The notes below the pieces were generated by a model. It was not told the origin of the DNA, made no database searches, and was given only the letters and a program-made list of their open reading frames with translations. A stretch of DNA of 57,006 nt from a virus (lineage: Duplodnaviria > Caudoviricetes), in IMG/VR virus record IMGVR_UViG_3300009163_000040, positions 1 to 57,006 of that record; one strand, written 5' to 3'. This document shows positions 27,127 to 37,735 of this stretch, in pieces. A program made the translations under genes and the position numbers. Within the stretch, counting starts at the first letter, position 1, and every line of letters starts with the position of its first letter.

Positions 27127-28736
27127 TATTGCCTTTCCTGTCCATCAGCGCCGACGCGCACCCGAGGCATAGTGAAATACTGTTGGTAGGTCATCCGGGA
27201 TGGATTCAGCACCACCCGCCCCTTTGGATCGCGGGTAGTAATCGGATTCGCATCCAAGTATTTGCGCCATTGGGCCTGCGATTCCGGTCCGATGTGGCCG
27301 TTGATCGCCGCATAGTTGCTGATGTACGAATTGAAGTCCCGATCGCGTTCACGTTGGGCGAGTGCGTACTCGATGATGGTCTTGTTCGTTACCGGCTCTT
27401 TATCGGAGCTGAATGTTCCGAGCTGCATCATTTTCACATCGAGGTTCGACACGTTGGAATCGCCCGGAATGCGGTTCTGCTTCGCGGCCAGCGCGGCCAG
27501 CGAGTCGAATTCGTTGATCTTGGCACGATCGCCCGATAGAACCTTCGCCACTCCACCCACGCCGGGGATACCATAGGTTACGCCGGTGCTGATTTCGGAG
27601 TTCAACGACAGTGCGCGTTTCAAATTGGAGATGTCGTCGTCCAACCCCGACATGAATGGGCCGACCTTATCCCGTATGTACTTATCCGCTTCCGCTTGAT
27701 CCGCTTTGCGTTTCGCCGCCGCTTCAATTTTGTTCATCCCCGCGTATCGGTCGGTCGTAGCTATTGGCACCCCGACCTCGGCGGCTTTCGCCGCGATTGC
27801 CCCGACGTTCTGGGTTCGCAAGTGCTCGTCGATCTCCTGCCTTACCCGCTTGGTCTGCGTCTGGCTCGCCTCGATCGTGGTCGATTTCTGCTGCTGGTCT
27901 AGCCGGATGTTCTCCGCCACGATCTTCTGCGCCCGAGCCAGATCTTTCGGATTGAGCGCGTTGCCACCGAACGAATCCAGTGCTTTGGCCACATCGGGCG
28001 CGTCTTTCTTGAACACTTCGACCTGCAGCGCTTGCTGCGCTTTTTCGAGATCGAGCGGCTTAGTCAGGTCTAGATTCAGACGCGTCGCGATGTCGTTCAG
28101 TGGTCGATTCTTCTCGAACGCTTCGAATCTCGTCGCGAATGTAGGGTCGGTAAGCGAGAGTCCAGAACGTGCCGAGAACGTCTTCATCTCGGGCGTCGCT
28201 TTATCCCCGGCCATTATCTCTTTGATACGTTTTATCCCCGGCTCCGATCGTGGGTCGATGCCCTCCGATAGCACCTGCTTCTGGTACGCCGTCATCTGCG
28301 GCGTAAGCTTCGAGACCACATTGAGACCGAGTTTGGCCGCACTCTCCGTGTCCAGCATTCCTTGGCGCGACAGCTCGTACCGCATTTTGGCCACATCCCG
28401 CAGTTGCGCTTCTTCGGTTTGTTGTGCCTCGGCGTATTTGCCGGTAGCGCTGGCCAACGATTCGCCGAACGAGCCGGTGCGGGTGGGGGCGAGGAAGCCC
28501 TGCGCCAGCGCCAGCATCGAGGGGTCGGGTCCAGTACGCCGATCGGTGAGCGCCTTCACCATTGCATCGCGGGCCGCATCCACTTGCGCTTTCGCGTCCT
28601 TGTACTCCTGCGTATCCGCCCCCAACGCCTGTCGCCCAAGAGCGGAGAGCGAAACGCTGCCGACCTTTTCCGGGTCAATCCGGAGCATTTTAGCCAGCAG
28701 CGGGCTATATGCGTCGTTCGTGGTTTCTTCGGTCAT
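27126..28736 (-). CDS. Putative internal virion/ejection protein (536 aa)
   Basis: Helical; LALAQGFLAPTRTGSFGESL; synteny. Confidence 0.6.
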   Translation of the reverse strand: MTEETTNDAYSPLLAKMLRIDPEKVGSVSLSALGRQALGADTQEYKDAKAQVDAARDAMVKALTDRRTGPDPSMLALAQGFLAPTRTGSFGESLASATGKYAEAQQTEEAQLRDVAKMRYELSRQGMLDTESAAKLGLNVVSKLTPQMTAYQKQVLSEGIDPRSEPGIKRIKEIMAGDKATPEMKTFSARSGLSLTDPTFATRFEAFEKNRPLNDIATRLNLDLTKPLDLEKAQQALQVEVFKKDAPDVAKALDSFGGNALNPKDLARAQKIVAENIRLDQQQKSTTIEASQTQTKRVRQEIDEHLRTQNVGAIAAKAAEVGVPIATTDRYAGMNKIEAAAKRKADQAEADKYIRDKVGPFMSGLDDDISNLKRALSLNSEISTGVTYGIPGVGGVAKVLSGDRAKINEFDSLAALAAKQNRIPGDSNVSNLDVKMMQLGTFSSDKEPVTNKTIIEYALAQRERDRDFNSYISNYAAINGHIGPESQAQWRKYLDANPITTRDPKGRVVLNPSRMTYQQYFTMPRVRVGADGQERQ

Positions 28737-28738
28737 GG

Positions 28739-30076
28739 TTATTGTTCCTCTTCGAGCATCCGACGAATGTTCGCGGCTTCTTCCTCGTCCGCTATCCGTT
28801 TACGCTCCGCTTCTTCTTCCGCTAGAATTCGATCGATTTCGGATGTGTCGTCGGGTGGTGGTGCTTCCACCTCCGGAGCCTGCGGACGCCAGATCTCGAT
28901 ACCGCTCTTGTCGTAGATCGCACCGGTCGACTGATCGGTATAGGTCCCGTCCTCGTTCGGGGTCATGCCGTACACCCTGCTACCAGCCATCTTGGACATA
29001 TCAGTAGTGCTCGAAGTCGATCCAGCCACACCGGGGATCGTATCTTTAGCGCCGGATATAGCCCCGAGAATGCCTTTGGATGCCACATCCGCGTAGGCTT
29101 TCTCTCCCAACACTGATTTAAGCACATTCCCCACCGCGCTTGGCGAGCCGCCAGCACCCGAGGAGAACAGGGTACCGAGTCCCGCGATCTGCGAGAGCGG
29201 TGAGTTCGCATAAGCACCGGGCACAGGTGCGTTGGCGGTTTGCGATACAGTAGTCGGGACTTTTAAGTTCGTGAATATATTCGCCGCATTGGTCGCCTGT
29301 GTCAACGGCGCATTCAGCTTCGCTTGCTCGAGCTTTTGCTGCTGCTCCCCAGCGCCGAAGACGGCTTCCGTTCCTTTAAGTCCCAGCGTCTGCGCCGTAG
29401 TACCCAGCGCTCCGCTGGTCTGCGCCTCTTGCAACGCATTCGAGTAGTCGGTGCCGGTGAGTGTTCCCATCAGCTGGCCCGCTTGCAATTGCCGCGCTTT
29501 ATCGGCTTGCGCCGCAGCTAGCGCGGACGTGTAGCCACTACTGAGTGCCTTGGACTGCGCCCCACTGATGTCGCTCAGTGCGCCCCGCAGCGTCTGTCCC
29601 ATGATCTCTTCGCCCCGCTTGGACCCAAAATCACCGGTGGATACGGAACGTGCATTGGCGACGGGTCGCAGTGTATCTCGAATATTTTGGTACCCGAGTC
29701 GCCCGATTTCGTTCACCACCTGCTGCTGGTAAGGGTCCATGTACTGCCCCACGGCGCTCGGTGCGGTCTCTGCAGCCGATGTGGCGTAAGGACTCGCAGC
29801 CGATACCGCCGAGAGCCCAGCGGTCTTCCCGAGCGCCGATTCGGCGGTCTGCATATAAGGCTGGTACGCAGTCGCCGCCGTCGGTGTCGCCCCTATCGCC
29901 GCTGTTTGGAGCGGGGAGAAGCCCGCCACTGCTTGCTCGGGTGTACGCGCTAGGGCTTGGGTGCCGGTTTGCGCAAGGTCCGACAAGTACGAGTTATACC
30001 ACGACGGGCCGCTAGTGACGTCCGTTTTAGTCGTAGTAATATTTGGCAGTGCACTGCCTTGGAACATATCACCCAT
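28739..30076 (-). CDS. Putative DNA transfer/ejection protein (445 aa)
   Basis: Q/A/G/T-rich, YMDPYQQQVV, SPLSQIAGLG; synteny. Confidence 0.6.
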   Translation of the reverse strand: MGDMFQGSALPNITTTKTDVTSGPSWYNSYLSDLAQTGTQALARTPEQAVAGFSPLQTAAIGATPTAATAYQPYMQTAESALGKTAGLSAVSAASPYATSAAETAPSAVGQYMDPYQQQVVNEIGRLGYQNIRDTLRPVANARSVSTGDFGSKRGEEIMGQTLRGALSDISGAQSKALSSGYTSALAAAQADKARQLQAGQLMGTLTGTDYSNALQEAQTSGALGTTAQTLGLKGTEAVFGAGEQQQKLEQAKLNAPLTQATNAANIFTNLKVPTTVSQTANAPVPGAYANSPLSQIAGLGTLFSSGAGGSPSAVGNVLKSVLGEKAYADVASKGILGAISGAKDTIPGVAGSTSSTTDMSKMAGSRVYGMTPNEDGTYTDQSTGAIYDKSGIEIWRPQAPEVEAPPPDDTSEIDRILAEEEAERKRIADEEEAANIRRMLEEEQ

Positions 30077-33000
30077 TATGCAACACCTTTCATATATTCC
30101 AGCGGCGACTTAGCCTTTGGAGGGATACCTTTTATCGAAGCCGTTCTTTTATGCTTACGAATGTTTTCGCGCCATTTATCCAAGATCTCCGCCCCACGTT
30201 TATTTGACCCATCACCCAACGACGCCACGATCTCGGCGTCGAACACATACTCTCCGTCCGCGAGTTTAGCGTCTATGAGGTCATCCTGTCCACCCCCCGC
30301 CCCTTGCACGTAGTGTGACCCTTTATGCGGCACATCTCCACCCCGGGCGGCCATGAGGGGGGACGTCATCACCCCACCCCCGCTGGCGTAGGGCGTATCG
30401 GGCAGCGCGGGATTTTTGTACGGCTGCATAATCGAGCTGTAGCTCGGCTCGTACCCGTAGGAGTAGTAGTTCGCTTCCGGCTGCAAGGACATTTCTTCCT
30501 CTCTGCGCGGAGCGGCGGCGGCGGCTAGTGGTGATGTGGAGTACATATCTTCGGACCCTTCTTGTCCGGTTATTACGTGTTCAGTAGCCGAAAGTGGGTC
30601 GATGAATACCGAGGGACGCCCAAGGCCACCTACCCAACTGCCCGGCATTTTACCAAGCGTCGAACCTTGCGCCGTTTCGCTAGCGCTTTTTAGCGCTGAG
30701 GATGGCGCGGACGCACTGGGAGAGGTGGCTGAGGTAGGGGCACTTGATGAGGTCGATGGTTTTTGGGTCGGCGCTGTGAATGTCGGCGTATTCCCGGGAG
30801 TGTCAACCATTCGGAACGTCGGGATGTTCGCACCGGGCACGTTCTTGTATTTAGTGCTGGCGCTAGTTCCCGCAGTATCCGATCCGAATTCGTAGCCCGA
30901 CGCTTTGGTGTTGAGCTGCCCGTTATCTACCATTTTGGTTACATCTTCTTCGCTCAACGCGTAGGAGTCACCATTCTCGTTCATCCCAATGCCCGTGCCG
31001 TCATCGTAGATATATATGCGGTCCGACCCGGAGGTCTGCCACCCAACGGGAAATCCACCACGCTCTTCTAGCGCTTTGCGGGTCGCTTCACTCAGCTCGC
31101 CGAAATTCTCGGGCTCTTCCCCACCGAAGCTCTGGATGGGGTAGTCCGAGAAATCGGGTTTAACATCGAATGGGGCGAGCTCCGGGCGGTAGTCAACGTA
31201 CGAATCATTGCCGGTGTAGATGCCCATATACACGCCCAATCGGGTGTACATGTGGTAGCTGCCGTCGGGGTTCGGGATACGGAAGTTACCATCGCCGCTC
31301 TGGTAATTCACCAGATCTTTCGGCGACATGGCCTCTTTAGGTCCTAGGCCTTCTACATCCGGCGCGACGCCGGTGACCCACGCGTTGGCATTAGCATCAT
31401 AAAACGTCTTTCCGGCTCCGGATGCTTGGTCAGCCATCACCTCGTCCATCGTAGCCAGTCGAGTACCGGGCGGTGCGAAGTAATCCTCGGATCCGGGTTG
31501 GCCCCCGAACATTACCTCGCCGATATCGCGACTTAGAGCGGGCTTCTCGGTCGATTCCACGTTGCGGCCCACCGCCGTTTTGGCGTATTCATCAGCAAAT
31601 GCACTGGCTTCTTCCGGTGTTTTGCCTTGGTCGAGCGCATATCTGTACGCCCGATCCTGTGCGCTGTAGTATCCGGGGTCAGTGGAGCCGAGCACATTCT
31701 TGTACTCTCCCAGCGCTGCTACGGACCCCAGCTCCGAGGTACGCGCACCAGTGAGTTGCGCCAGATTATCAATGCTGTCCGGATTAAGATTGTACTTGGC
31801 TGCGAACGCTTTCGCTTCTTGCGCTGTGGTTCCCAGTGGGTCTGCGTATTGATCCAACTCCCCAAGCACCTCAGTCTCGGTGCGCTGCTGAATATAGTCA
31901 TCCAGCTCTTCGCGAGTGGGGTCGGGGATGCCTTGCGATAAATATTGCGCTCGGGCTTCCGCTTCGGTTACCGCCCGAGGATCGGCGTATGCGGAGACTT
32001 CGCGTGCCGCGTCGACTTCAGCCTTATTACCGACGTATTGCTTCAGCTCTTGATCCGACGGCACATATCCTTCGGTCTTGAAGAATTCGAGCGCTTCATC
32101 GCTCATCGTCGCCAGCGGATCGTACCGGGCCCTGAGCGCGGCTAACGTTTCGGTTTCATTCCGATTTCCGAGGTACTCGTTTATCTGCTCTTGTAGCGGC
32201 GTGTAGCCCTCTTTTGCAAACGCTTCACCAGCTTCACTGGAGGTCACGGCCAGTGGATCGAACGACTCCCCAATCTTCTGCCCGGTTTCGGCCTCGATAT
32301 TCATACCCACGTACCGATTCAGCTCTTCCTCGGTCGGCGTGTACCCTTGGGTTTGGAAGTATTGCCGCGCTTCCTCCTTCGACGTTTCGTACGGATCTAC
32401 CGCTTTGGCGGTCTCCGTATCCACATATTTCTGGAATTCGTTGACCTGAGTATCTAACGTTGACGACGCGTCTTTCAACGTCGCTAGCGCCGCGTTGTAG
32501 GTCTCACTCGTCGTCTTTACGCTGCTGTTCGCACTTTCAAATTCCGCTTTCGCGCTTTCGATTTTATCTTTATTCGCATTGTAGTATGTATTGAGGTCTT
32601 CGACCGCCGCATTAGCTTGAGCCGCCGCCGCATTCACCTCACCCACTGCTGCGTTAGCGCCCTCATTATCGCCCGCATCCACCAAGCTTTGCCACACCGC
32701 TTTCTTAGTATTGAAATCCGCTACTAGCGCCTCCTGCTTCTCGTACTTCTCGCGCAGCGGAGTATTGAGGTTGTTGTACGTAGTGATCGCGTTGGCTTCT
32801 CGGGTACTCGCCGCGAGCATCGATTTTTCTTGTGCTTGCGCTGTAGTATACGCATTCTGTGCGCTCTTCGTGTACTGCTTCAGATTCTTATTCGCGTCCG
32901 ATGCGACGATCTGCGTCATCGACTGCACAAGCGATTGTTCCAGTGCTTTCGACACATCTCGGCCTTGTATCGTCGCGCTCATGCTGTAGTTAAACGCATT

Positions 33001-33606
33001 CGACACAAGCGTTACCGCCGACTTATTATTCGGGTCTGCGAAGAACGCTCGAGTGGTGTCGTTCGAATTAATCGCGGAGCCAAGTATGTTCGCGCTTTGG
33101 AGTGCCGAGGCCACTACGGCTGTGCCTACATCTTTGCCGGTCACCGCTGCGACTGTAGCACTTGAAATCGCGTTACGAGCAAATTCGGGCAGGTTCGAGA
33201 AGCCCTCGACACTGCCAAGCATCAATGGCACACCCGCCGCAAGCCCGGTTAGAGCCGCAGTTTTAAGATCGCGCCCGGTAATCGCCGCAGCAGTGACATT
33301 TTTAGCCACATTAGTCGAAATAATCGTTGCCACCGGACTTCCAGTGATTGCCCCCACCTCCGCTCCGACTACGTTACCGACGTATGCACCCACATAAGAG
33401 CTAGCGCCGCCGAGAACGGCGGCTTTAAGTATGTCGCTGGGTTTCCCCCCTTGAAGTGCAGCGGCAGTACCGGAGATCGCAGCAGCGCCGACAGCAGTGG
33501 CGACAGCAGTGGATACGACTACATCGGCGGCAATAGTGGTGATAATCGCCGCGCCGACCGTCTCTGCGCCGACTAGCGTTATAAGTGCTACGACTGCTGC
33601 TGGCAT
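30076..33606 (-). CDS. Large virion protein (1176 aa) with hydrophobic N-terminus, coiled coil, ~45-aa repeats and C-terminal G.GGGQDD.I.A.L.DGEYV domain
   Basis: Sequence composition and repeats. Confidence 0.65.
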   Translation of the reverse strand: MPAAVVALITLVGAETVGAAIITTIAADVVVSTAVATAVGAAAISGTAAALQGGKPSDILKAAVLGGASSYVGAYVGNVVGAEVGAITGSPVATIISTNVAKNVTAAAITGRDLKTAALTGLAAGVPLMLGSVEGFSNLPEFARNAISSATVAAVTGKDVGTAVVASALQSANILGSAINSNDTTRAFFADPNNKSAVTLVSNAFNYSMSATIQGRDVSKALEQSLVQSMTQIVASDANKNLKQYTKSAQNAYTTAQAQEKSMLAASTREANAITTYNNLNTPLREKYEKQEALVADFNTKKAVWQSLVDAGDNEGANAAVGEVNAAAAQANAAVEDLNTYYNANKDKIESAKAEFESANSSVKTTSETYNAALATLKDASSTLDTQVNEFQKYVDTETAKAVDPYETSKEEARQYFQTQGYTPTEEELNRYVGMNIEAETGQKIGESFDPLAVTSSEAGEAFAKEGYTPLQEQINEYLGNRNETETLAALRARYDPLATMSDEALEFFKTEGYVPSDQELKQYVGNKAEVDAAREVSAYADPRAVTEAEARAQYLSQGIPDPTREELDDYIQQRTETEVLGELDQYADPLGTTAQEAKAFAAKYNLNPDSIDNLAQLTGARTSELGSVAALGEYKNVLGSTDPGYYSAQDRAYRYALDQGKTPEEASAFADEYAKTAVGRNVESTEKPALSRDIGEVMFGGQPGSEDYFAPPGTRLATMDEVMADQASGAGKTFYDANANAWVTGVAPDVEGLGPKEAMSPKDLVNYQSGDGNFRIPNPDGSYHMYTRLGVYMGIYTGNDSYVDYRPELAPFDVKPDFSDYPIQSFGGEEPENFGELSEATRKALEERGGFPVGWQTSGSDRIYIYDDGTGIGMNENGDSYALSEEDVTKMVDNGQLNTKASGYEFGSDTAGTSASTKYKNVPGANIPTFRMVDTPGNTPTFTAPTQKPSTSSSAPTSATSPSASAPSSALKSASETAQGSTLGKMPGSWVGGLGRPSVFIDPLSATEHVITGQEGSEDMYSTSPLAAAAAPRREEEMSLQPEANYYSYGYEPSYSSIMQPYKNPALPDTPYASGGGVMTSPLMAARGGDVPHKGSHYVQGAGGGQDDLIDAKLADGEYVFDAEIVASLGDGSNKRGAEILDKWRENIRKHKRTASIKGIPPKAKSPLEYMKGVA

Positions 33607-33607
33607 A

Positions 33608-34042
33608 TTAGAACGTCAGGTAGTATGCGGTGGTAGTAGCGTTCGTTCCCGGTTGCAACACTTCTTTAGTCTTGAAAGGCAACCGGGTGCGTTTAGCTAC
33701 CACCGCGAATTTGGGGTCATCGGCGTACGTGTACGCTGTTCGCACTCCGATGTTCTTGAGGTATCTGGCGAGCTGAACGAAGTTACGAGCCAGCGATACC
33801 GAGTCTTCTTTGGTGGTCATGGTGTGCACCTCAACCAGCCCTTTGCCTTTTACTATCACTAGGAACACCGTGTTGCCCAAGTGCACGAGCTTCACACCTT
33901 TATCTTTGGTGATCCGCGCAAGTCCATCCATCATCTTCTTGGCTTGATCTTCCGATGCGGCTTCCTGCAAAAAGTAGTCGTAGCATATACGATTCACTTC
34001 TTTAATTTCGTCCGAAGATGTGTCTGCGGTCATCGCCATCAT
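33608..34042 (-). CDS. Hypothetical virion-module protein (144 aa)
   Basis: Start trimmed to MMAMTAD; ATGA overlap. Confidence 0.55.
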   Translation of the reverse strand: MMAMTADTSSDEIKEVNRICYDYFLQEAASEDQAKKMMDGLARITKDKGVKLVHLGNTVFLVIVKGKGLVEVHTMTTKEDSVSLARNFVQLARYLKNIGVRTAYTYADDPKFAVVAKRTRLPFKTKEVLQPGTNATTTAYYLTF

Positions 34043-34290
34043 GCACCTACTGCTGGATTTACGGCATTGACTACAGCTTCTGCCCAGTCGAACCAATAGT
34101 CGAAATTATACGGGTCCGGGATCGCTTCGTTCGACAGCGTGTCAATACCCTTGAATCCCGCCGCCCACCCCTGCCAGTTTTCCTCTACGCTTGGGATTTC
34201 GAGTTCTTGAGTCGCATACAACTCGCACATCAGACTGGCCCAAGAGTCCCATGAGTGGAAGCGAGGATCGTAGACGAGAGCGACGTTCAT
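34039..34290 (-). CDS. Hypothetical protein (83 aa)
   Basis: TAATG coupling; Trp-rich. Confidence 0.6.
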   Translation of the reverse strand: MNVALVYDPRFHSWDSWASLMCELYATQELEIPSVEENWQGWAAGFKGIDTLSNEAIPDPYNFDYWFDWAEAVVNAVNPAVGA

Positions 34291-36491
34291 TAGTATGGCC
34301 TCACGTCGCCGAAATCGGCGTTGAGCAGTAGGCGACCGAGCTGGTAATCGCCGCCTTGCACGTTACTGCGGAATCGGAGCCGAAGCTCGCGACGCTGCTC
34401 GCGGAGGTCGATCCGACCGGTGGTTTGGTCGAAGAAGTATGGCCCAGTGACGATATCCTCAGATTGCGCGAAGGGACGACCGTAGATGTACAGTTCCATC
34501 TCGCCACTCATGATGAAATCAGGTTCCAAGCGTTCGATATGCAGCCCCACATTGTCGCCGACTCCCGTGGGTTGGGATGGGCCACCCGAGACCCACCCGA
34601 GATCATTGGTTTCAAAGTAACTTTCGATCGCGTTTTGAATGTCGCCGATGATCGCATCGGTTCCGAATTCATGTTGCCACAGGTTGATGCGGTCCACAGG
34701 GGTACTAAACGTTAGCGTCTCCGTCGCTGTCGCTGTCGCCGCTTGAGACAGTGTAATGATCTGCGTCCAGATCGCGGTGATTGGCACCGAGAATCCGCTA
34801 CCAGTACCGCCAATACTCGCCGCCGCCGCGCTGAGCACACCGCCGATAATGTAGGCAGCCCCTAAACTCGTGATGGTGACTGTGGTAACTGTGCCGCCCG
34901 CTACTACTATGGTGGCCGCAGCCCCGTGTCCGGTTCCACCCGTGAGCGCCACCCCGGTGTAGGTTCCGTTGGTGTAGAGCGTGCCACCGGTTATCGCTCC
35001 GAGCGTCTTGATCCCACTGGATGTTATACCGGTCACGACAGTGCCGCTCGGGATACTGGTTCCGGTCACGACTTGACTCAGCTCCACATCGCCGTTGTAC
35101 GTGTCACTGGTCAGGATGTTACTGCCTGAGGTCAGCGCATAACTAGCTGAGAACACGACTTCCGACTCGATCACATCCCATCCGGCATTCACTGGGTATG
35201 GGAACACTTGGGAGAAATATCCAGCCGAACGCCTAGCACCGTTCGCTTCCCCGGCGTCGTACCAAGTGCCTTCCCGCACGTTGTAAATAATCGCGTCCGT
35301 GCATTCAGTGGCGTCGCCCCGAGGGTAGAACCACCATATCTCTCCGAATCGCGGCACTTTGGACACCCACACCTTCTGGCGCTGCGCGTAGTTGAGGTTA
35401 TCGAAGAAGTAATTCTGGTTCATGTTGTTCGGAATCTCTTTGGCCACACCATTATACAACATGAACCGATCGACAGCACACCAGTAATATATCCCGTCGT
35501 ACTCAATCGCGGACTGGCTCGAGAGTATCGATGTTTGGCTCGTTATAATATCGTAGCGCCAGAATTGTGGCGGCGTGCCTTGGCCCCCTATATAGGACAC
35601 CCGGACCAGCGAATCAATCGACCAGAACAGCCCAGAAGGCGCGTTCGATCCACCCCTAACCGGGAGAGCTTGCACGATCTTGCCAGTGGCCACGTTCGTT
35701 TCGTTCGCATCGGCGCTCACCCAATCATCGGGATCACCCGCAGCGCTGTTGCGAATCAGACCATCATTGCCATATACGAATATGTACGGATGCAATACGA
35801 CGACACCACCCGATACGTCGACCTCGTTGTCTATAGTCAGGGTCGAAGCGCCGGAGATCGTGGCGGCGTTCGAAATCGTAAAACTTGTGGCGTTCACCAC
35901 GCTCGCCACCGTTGTGTTCGCCGGTATGCCCGTCCCGGTCACGACTTGCCCCACCCCGATCAAGTCGGTGTTGGCTACGGTGACGGTGACGGAGGTGGCG
36001 AGTGTGGCAGCAATGGTGAAAATGCCGATTGGGTTAAGCGTTGACCCCGATATGCTCCCGATAAGCACCGGAGTGTTCGTGGTGCTATCGATCGCGGCGA
36101 GATTTTGACCCGGGTGGGCCACGACCGTATTATCCACGCCTTCGCGATTATAAAACCCGTCGAATTGCCACAGATTAAGTGCGCTCGCTGTAAAGCTGTT
36201 GAGTGTGAATACGGTGGCTCCCGCCCCGATACCATTTTCATCGATCACTATCGTTTGCAACCCATCACTGTGCCCGCTAAAGATGGAGGTGAAGTTGTCC
36301 TGCGCATTTATCCAGATGCCGCGAGACGGACCAATTAAGTCGGCACTAATCTGCTTATACCCCCGGATTTTACGCGGACGACCACGTTGAAATCGTACCC
36401 ACCGACCGTCAGTGTAGAAGTCCATGTCGAACACCGTACCATCCCGTTGTATACCGGGTTTAGTATCGAGAGCGAAGACTTTCATCGTCAT
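34290..36491 (-). CDS. Tail nozzle/stabilization (tail tubular B-like) protein
   Basis: KPGIQRDGT...VRF..GRPRKI.G; FGEIWWFYP; IYN..E.TWY; start trimmed to MTMKVF. Confidence 0.7.
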   Translation of the reverse strand: MTMKVFALDTKPGIQRDGTVFDMDFYTDGRWVRFQRGRPRKIRGYKQISADLIGPSRGIWINAQDNFTSIFSGHSDGLQTIVIDENGIGAGATVFTLNSFTASALNLWQFDGFYNREGVDNTVVAHPGQNLAAIDSTTNTPVLIGSISGSTLNPIGIFTIAATLATSVTVTVANTDLIGVGQVVTGTGIPANTTVASVVNATSFTISNAATISGASTLTIDNEVDVSGGVVVLHPYIFVYGNDGLIRNSAAGDPDDWVSADANETNVATGKIVQALPVRGGSNAPSGLFWSIDSLVRVSYIGGQGTPPQFWRYDIITSQTSILSSQSAIEYDGIYYWCAVDRFMLYNGVAKEIPNNMNQNYFFDNLNYAQRQKVWVSKVPRFGEIWWFYPRGDATECTDAIIYNVREGTWYDAGEANGARRSAGYFSQVFPYPVNAGWDVIESEVVFSASYALTSGSNILTSDTYNGDVELSQVVTGTSIPSGTVVTGITSSGIKTLGAITGGTLYTNGTYTGVALTGGTGHGAAATIVVAGGTVTTVTITSLGAAYIIGGVLSAAAASIGGTGSGFSVPITAIWTQIITLSQAATATATETLTFSTPVDRINLWQHEFGTDAIIGDIQNAIESYFETNDLGWVSGGPSQPTGVGDNVGLHIERLEPDFIMSGEMELYIYGRPFAQSEDIVTGPYFFDQTTGRIDLREQRRELRLRFRSNVQGGDYQLGRLLLNADFGDVRPY

Positions 36492-37735
36492 GTAAACACG
36501 CCCCCGGAGATGCCGCCGGAGAATGTGCCGGTCCCGGCGTAGGTCAGGCCGGTGGCGGTTAGTGTTAAGCGCAACACGCCGAGGATGGAGACGTTCCACT
36601 GCCCACTACCGGCTCGGTACATACCGGTGGTGGGTTCGTTGCCGTAGTACAATGCGGGACTCGAGACGCTGCCATCAATGAGGCCGATAGATACGGCACC
36701 AGCGAGCACGGTGTTGGCATTGAGGATGTTGACGGAATCGCAGACCAGCGTGGCCTGTTGATTCGATGCAATCGAAGCGGTTGAAGCGCCCGAAACCCCG
36801 GTGGAGATCGTTACGGTGTAGTTGGCCACCGTACCATCGGTCGCGTTTTGCACATAGTACACTTGGATCGTCTGCGGTACGATGATCGTTACATTCCCGG
36901 TGAGCGTGCCAGTAAACTTCAGAATCACGTTTGTGGCTTCGGACGACGTTAACGTGTACGAGCCGCTGGTCACCGCTTTGGTGAGCTGCGTGAAGTTGAA
37001 CTGCGAATTCTTGCCTAGTCCCACCGTGTAGAATGCAGTGCCGGAGCATACGATAATCGCGGAGTCACCACCTTGGAAAGTCACAGTGGTCGAACCATTC
37101 AGCAGATCCGAGCCGTTGGTATTCACCGCTAACGCACCAGTGCCCGCATTCCGCACTAGTGTGAACCAATTGGCCCCCAGCGTCGATGCCCCATTCAACG
37201 TCAGCGTACCCGCTCCCCCCGTCCACACTAACGTTTCGGCTCGATCAGCGCTCGTCGCTGCACGGTTAGACGAGAAAGTCGTAACGGGGTGCGACTGATT
37301 CAAAGTCTGCCCGATTGCCACTAATCCATACCCGGCGAGTGTAGCGGCGTCAGCGCCGGAGGAGCCAATGCCGTAGGCTATAATCCCCCATGTCCCTTGC
37401 TCGTCCGGATTATCGGTGATGTATATATACTGCGCTTCACCGGGTACTACGGTGACAATCGTATGGACACCATCATAATCCATGACGGTGAAGTTTTCCC
37501 CTCCGGTGTTTCGAATCAACGCATCATTGCCTACTGAGGTTTGGTTCGCGGGTGGCATCCATAGTTCGGATACCCCAGTAGTGGCGACCTCCATAATGCG
37601 AGCAGCGGCATTGTCGGTCGCGCTACCATTAATAGGCCACGAGAGCTGGAGGGTTGTGTTGGCTATCGCGATGGAGCGATACGAAACATCGGTCGGTTGA
37701 ACGACGTTGCCAGTGAATGGGGAATTGAAGCTCAT
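36488..37735 (-). CDS. Tail structural protein (415 aa)
   Basis: Thr/Gly-rich beta protein; synteny. Confidence 0.6.
   Translation of the reverse strand: MSFNSPFTGNVVQPTDVSYRSIAIANTTLQLSWPINGSATDNAAARIMEVATTGVSELWMPPANQTSVGNDALIRNTGGENFTVMDYDGVHTIVTVVPGEAQYIYITDNPDEQGTWGIIAYGIGSSGADAATLAGYGLVAIGQTLNQSHPVTTFSSNRAATSADRAETLVWTGGAGTLTLNGASTLGANWFTLVRNAGTGALAVNTNGSDLLNGSTTVTFQGGDSAIIVCSGTAFYTVGLGKNSQFNFTQLTKAVTSGSYTLTSSEATNVILKFTGTLTGNVTIIVPQTIQVYYVQNATDGTVANYTVTISTGVSGASTASIASNQQATLVCDSVNILNANTVLAGAVSIGLIDGSVSSPALYYGNEPTTGMYRAGSGQWNVSILGVLRLTLTATGLTYAGTGTFSGGISGGVFT

Noticed and set aside
26098-29007. Long plus-strand ORFs (363 aa, 433 aa and similar ones genome-wide)
   Set aside because: Antisense shadows of GC-rich minus-strand genes; no motifs or RBS
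30076-33606. Siphovirus tape-measure protein
   Set aside because: No tail tube or tail chaperone genes recognised; adaptor, nozzle and ejection-protein layout fits a short tail
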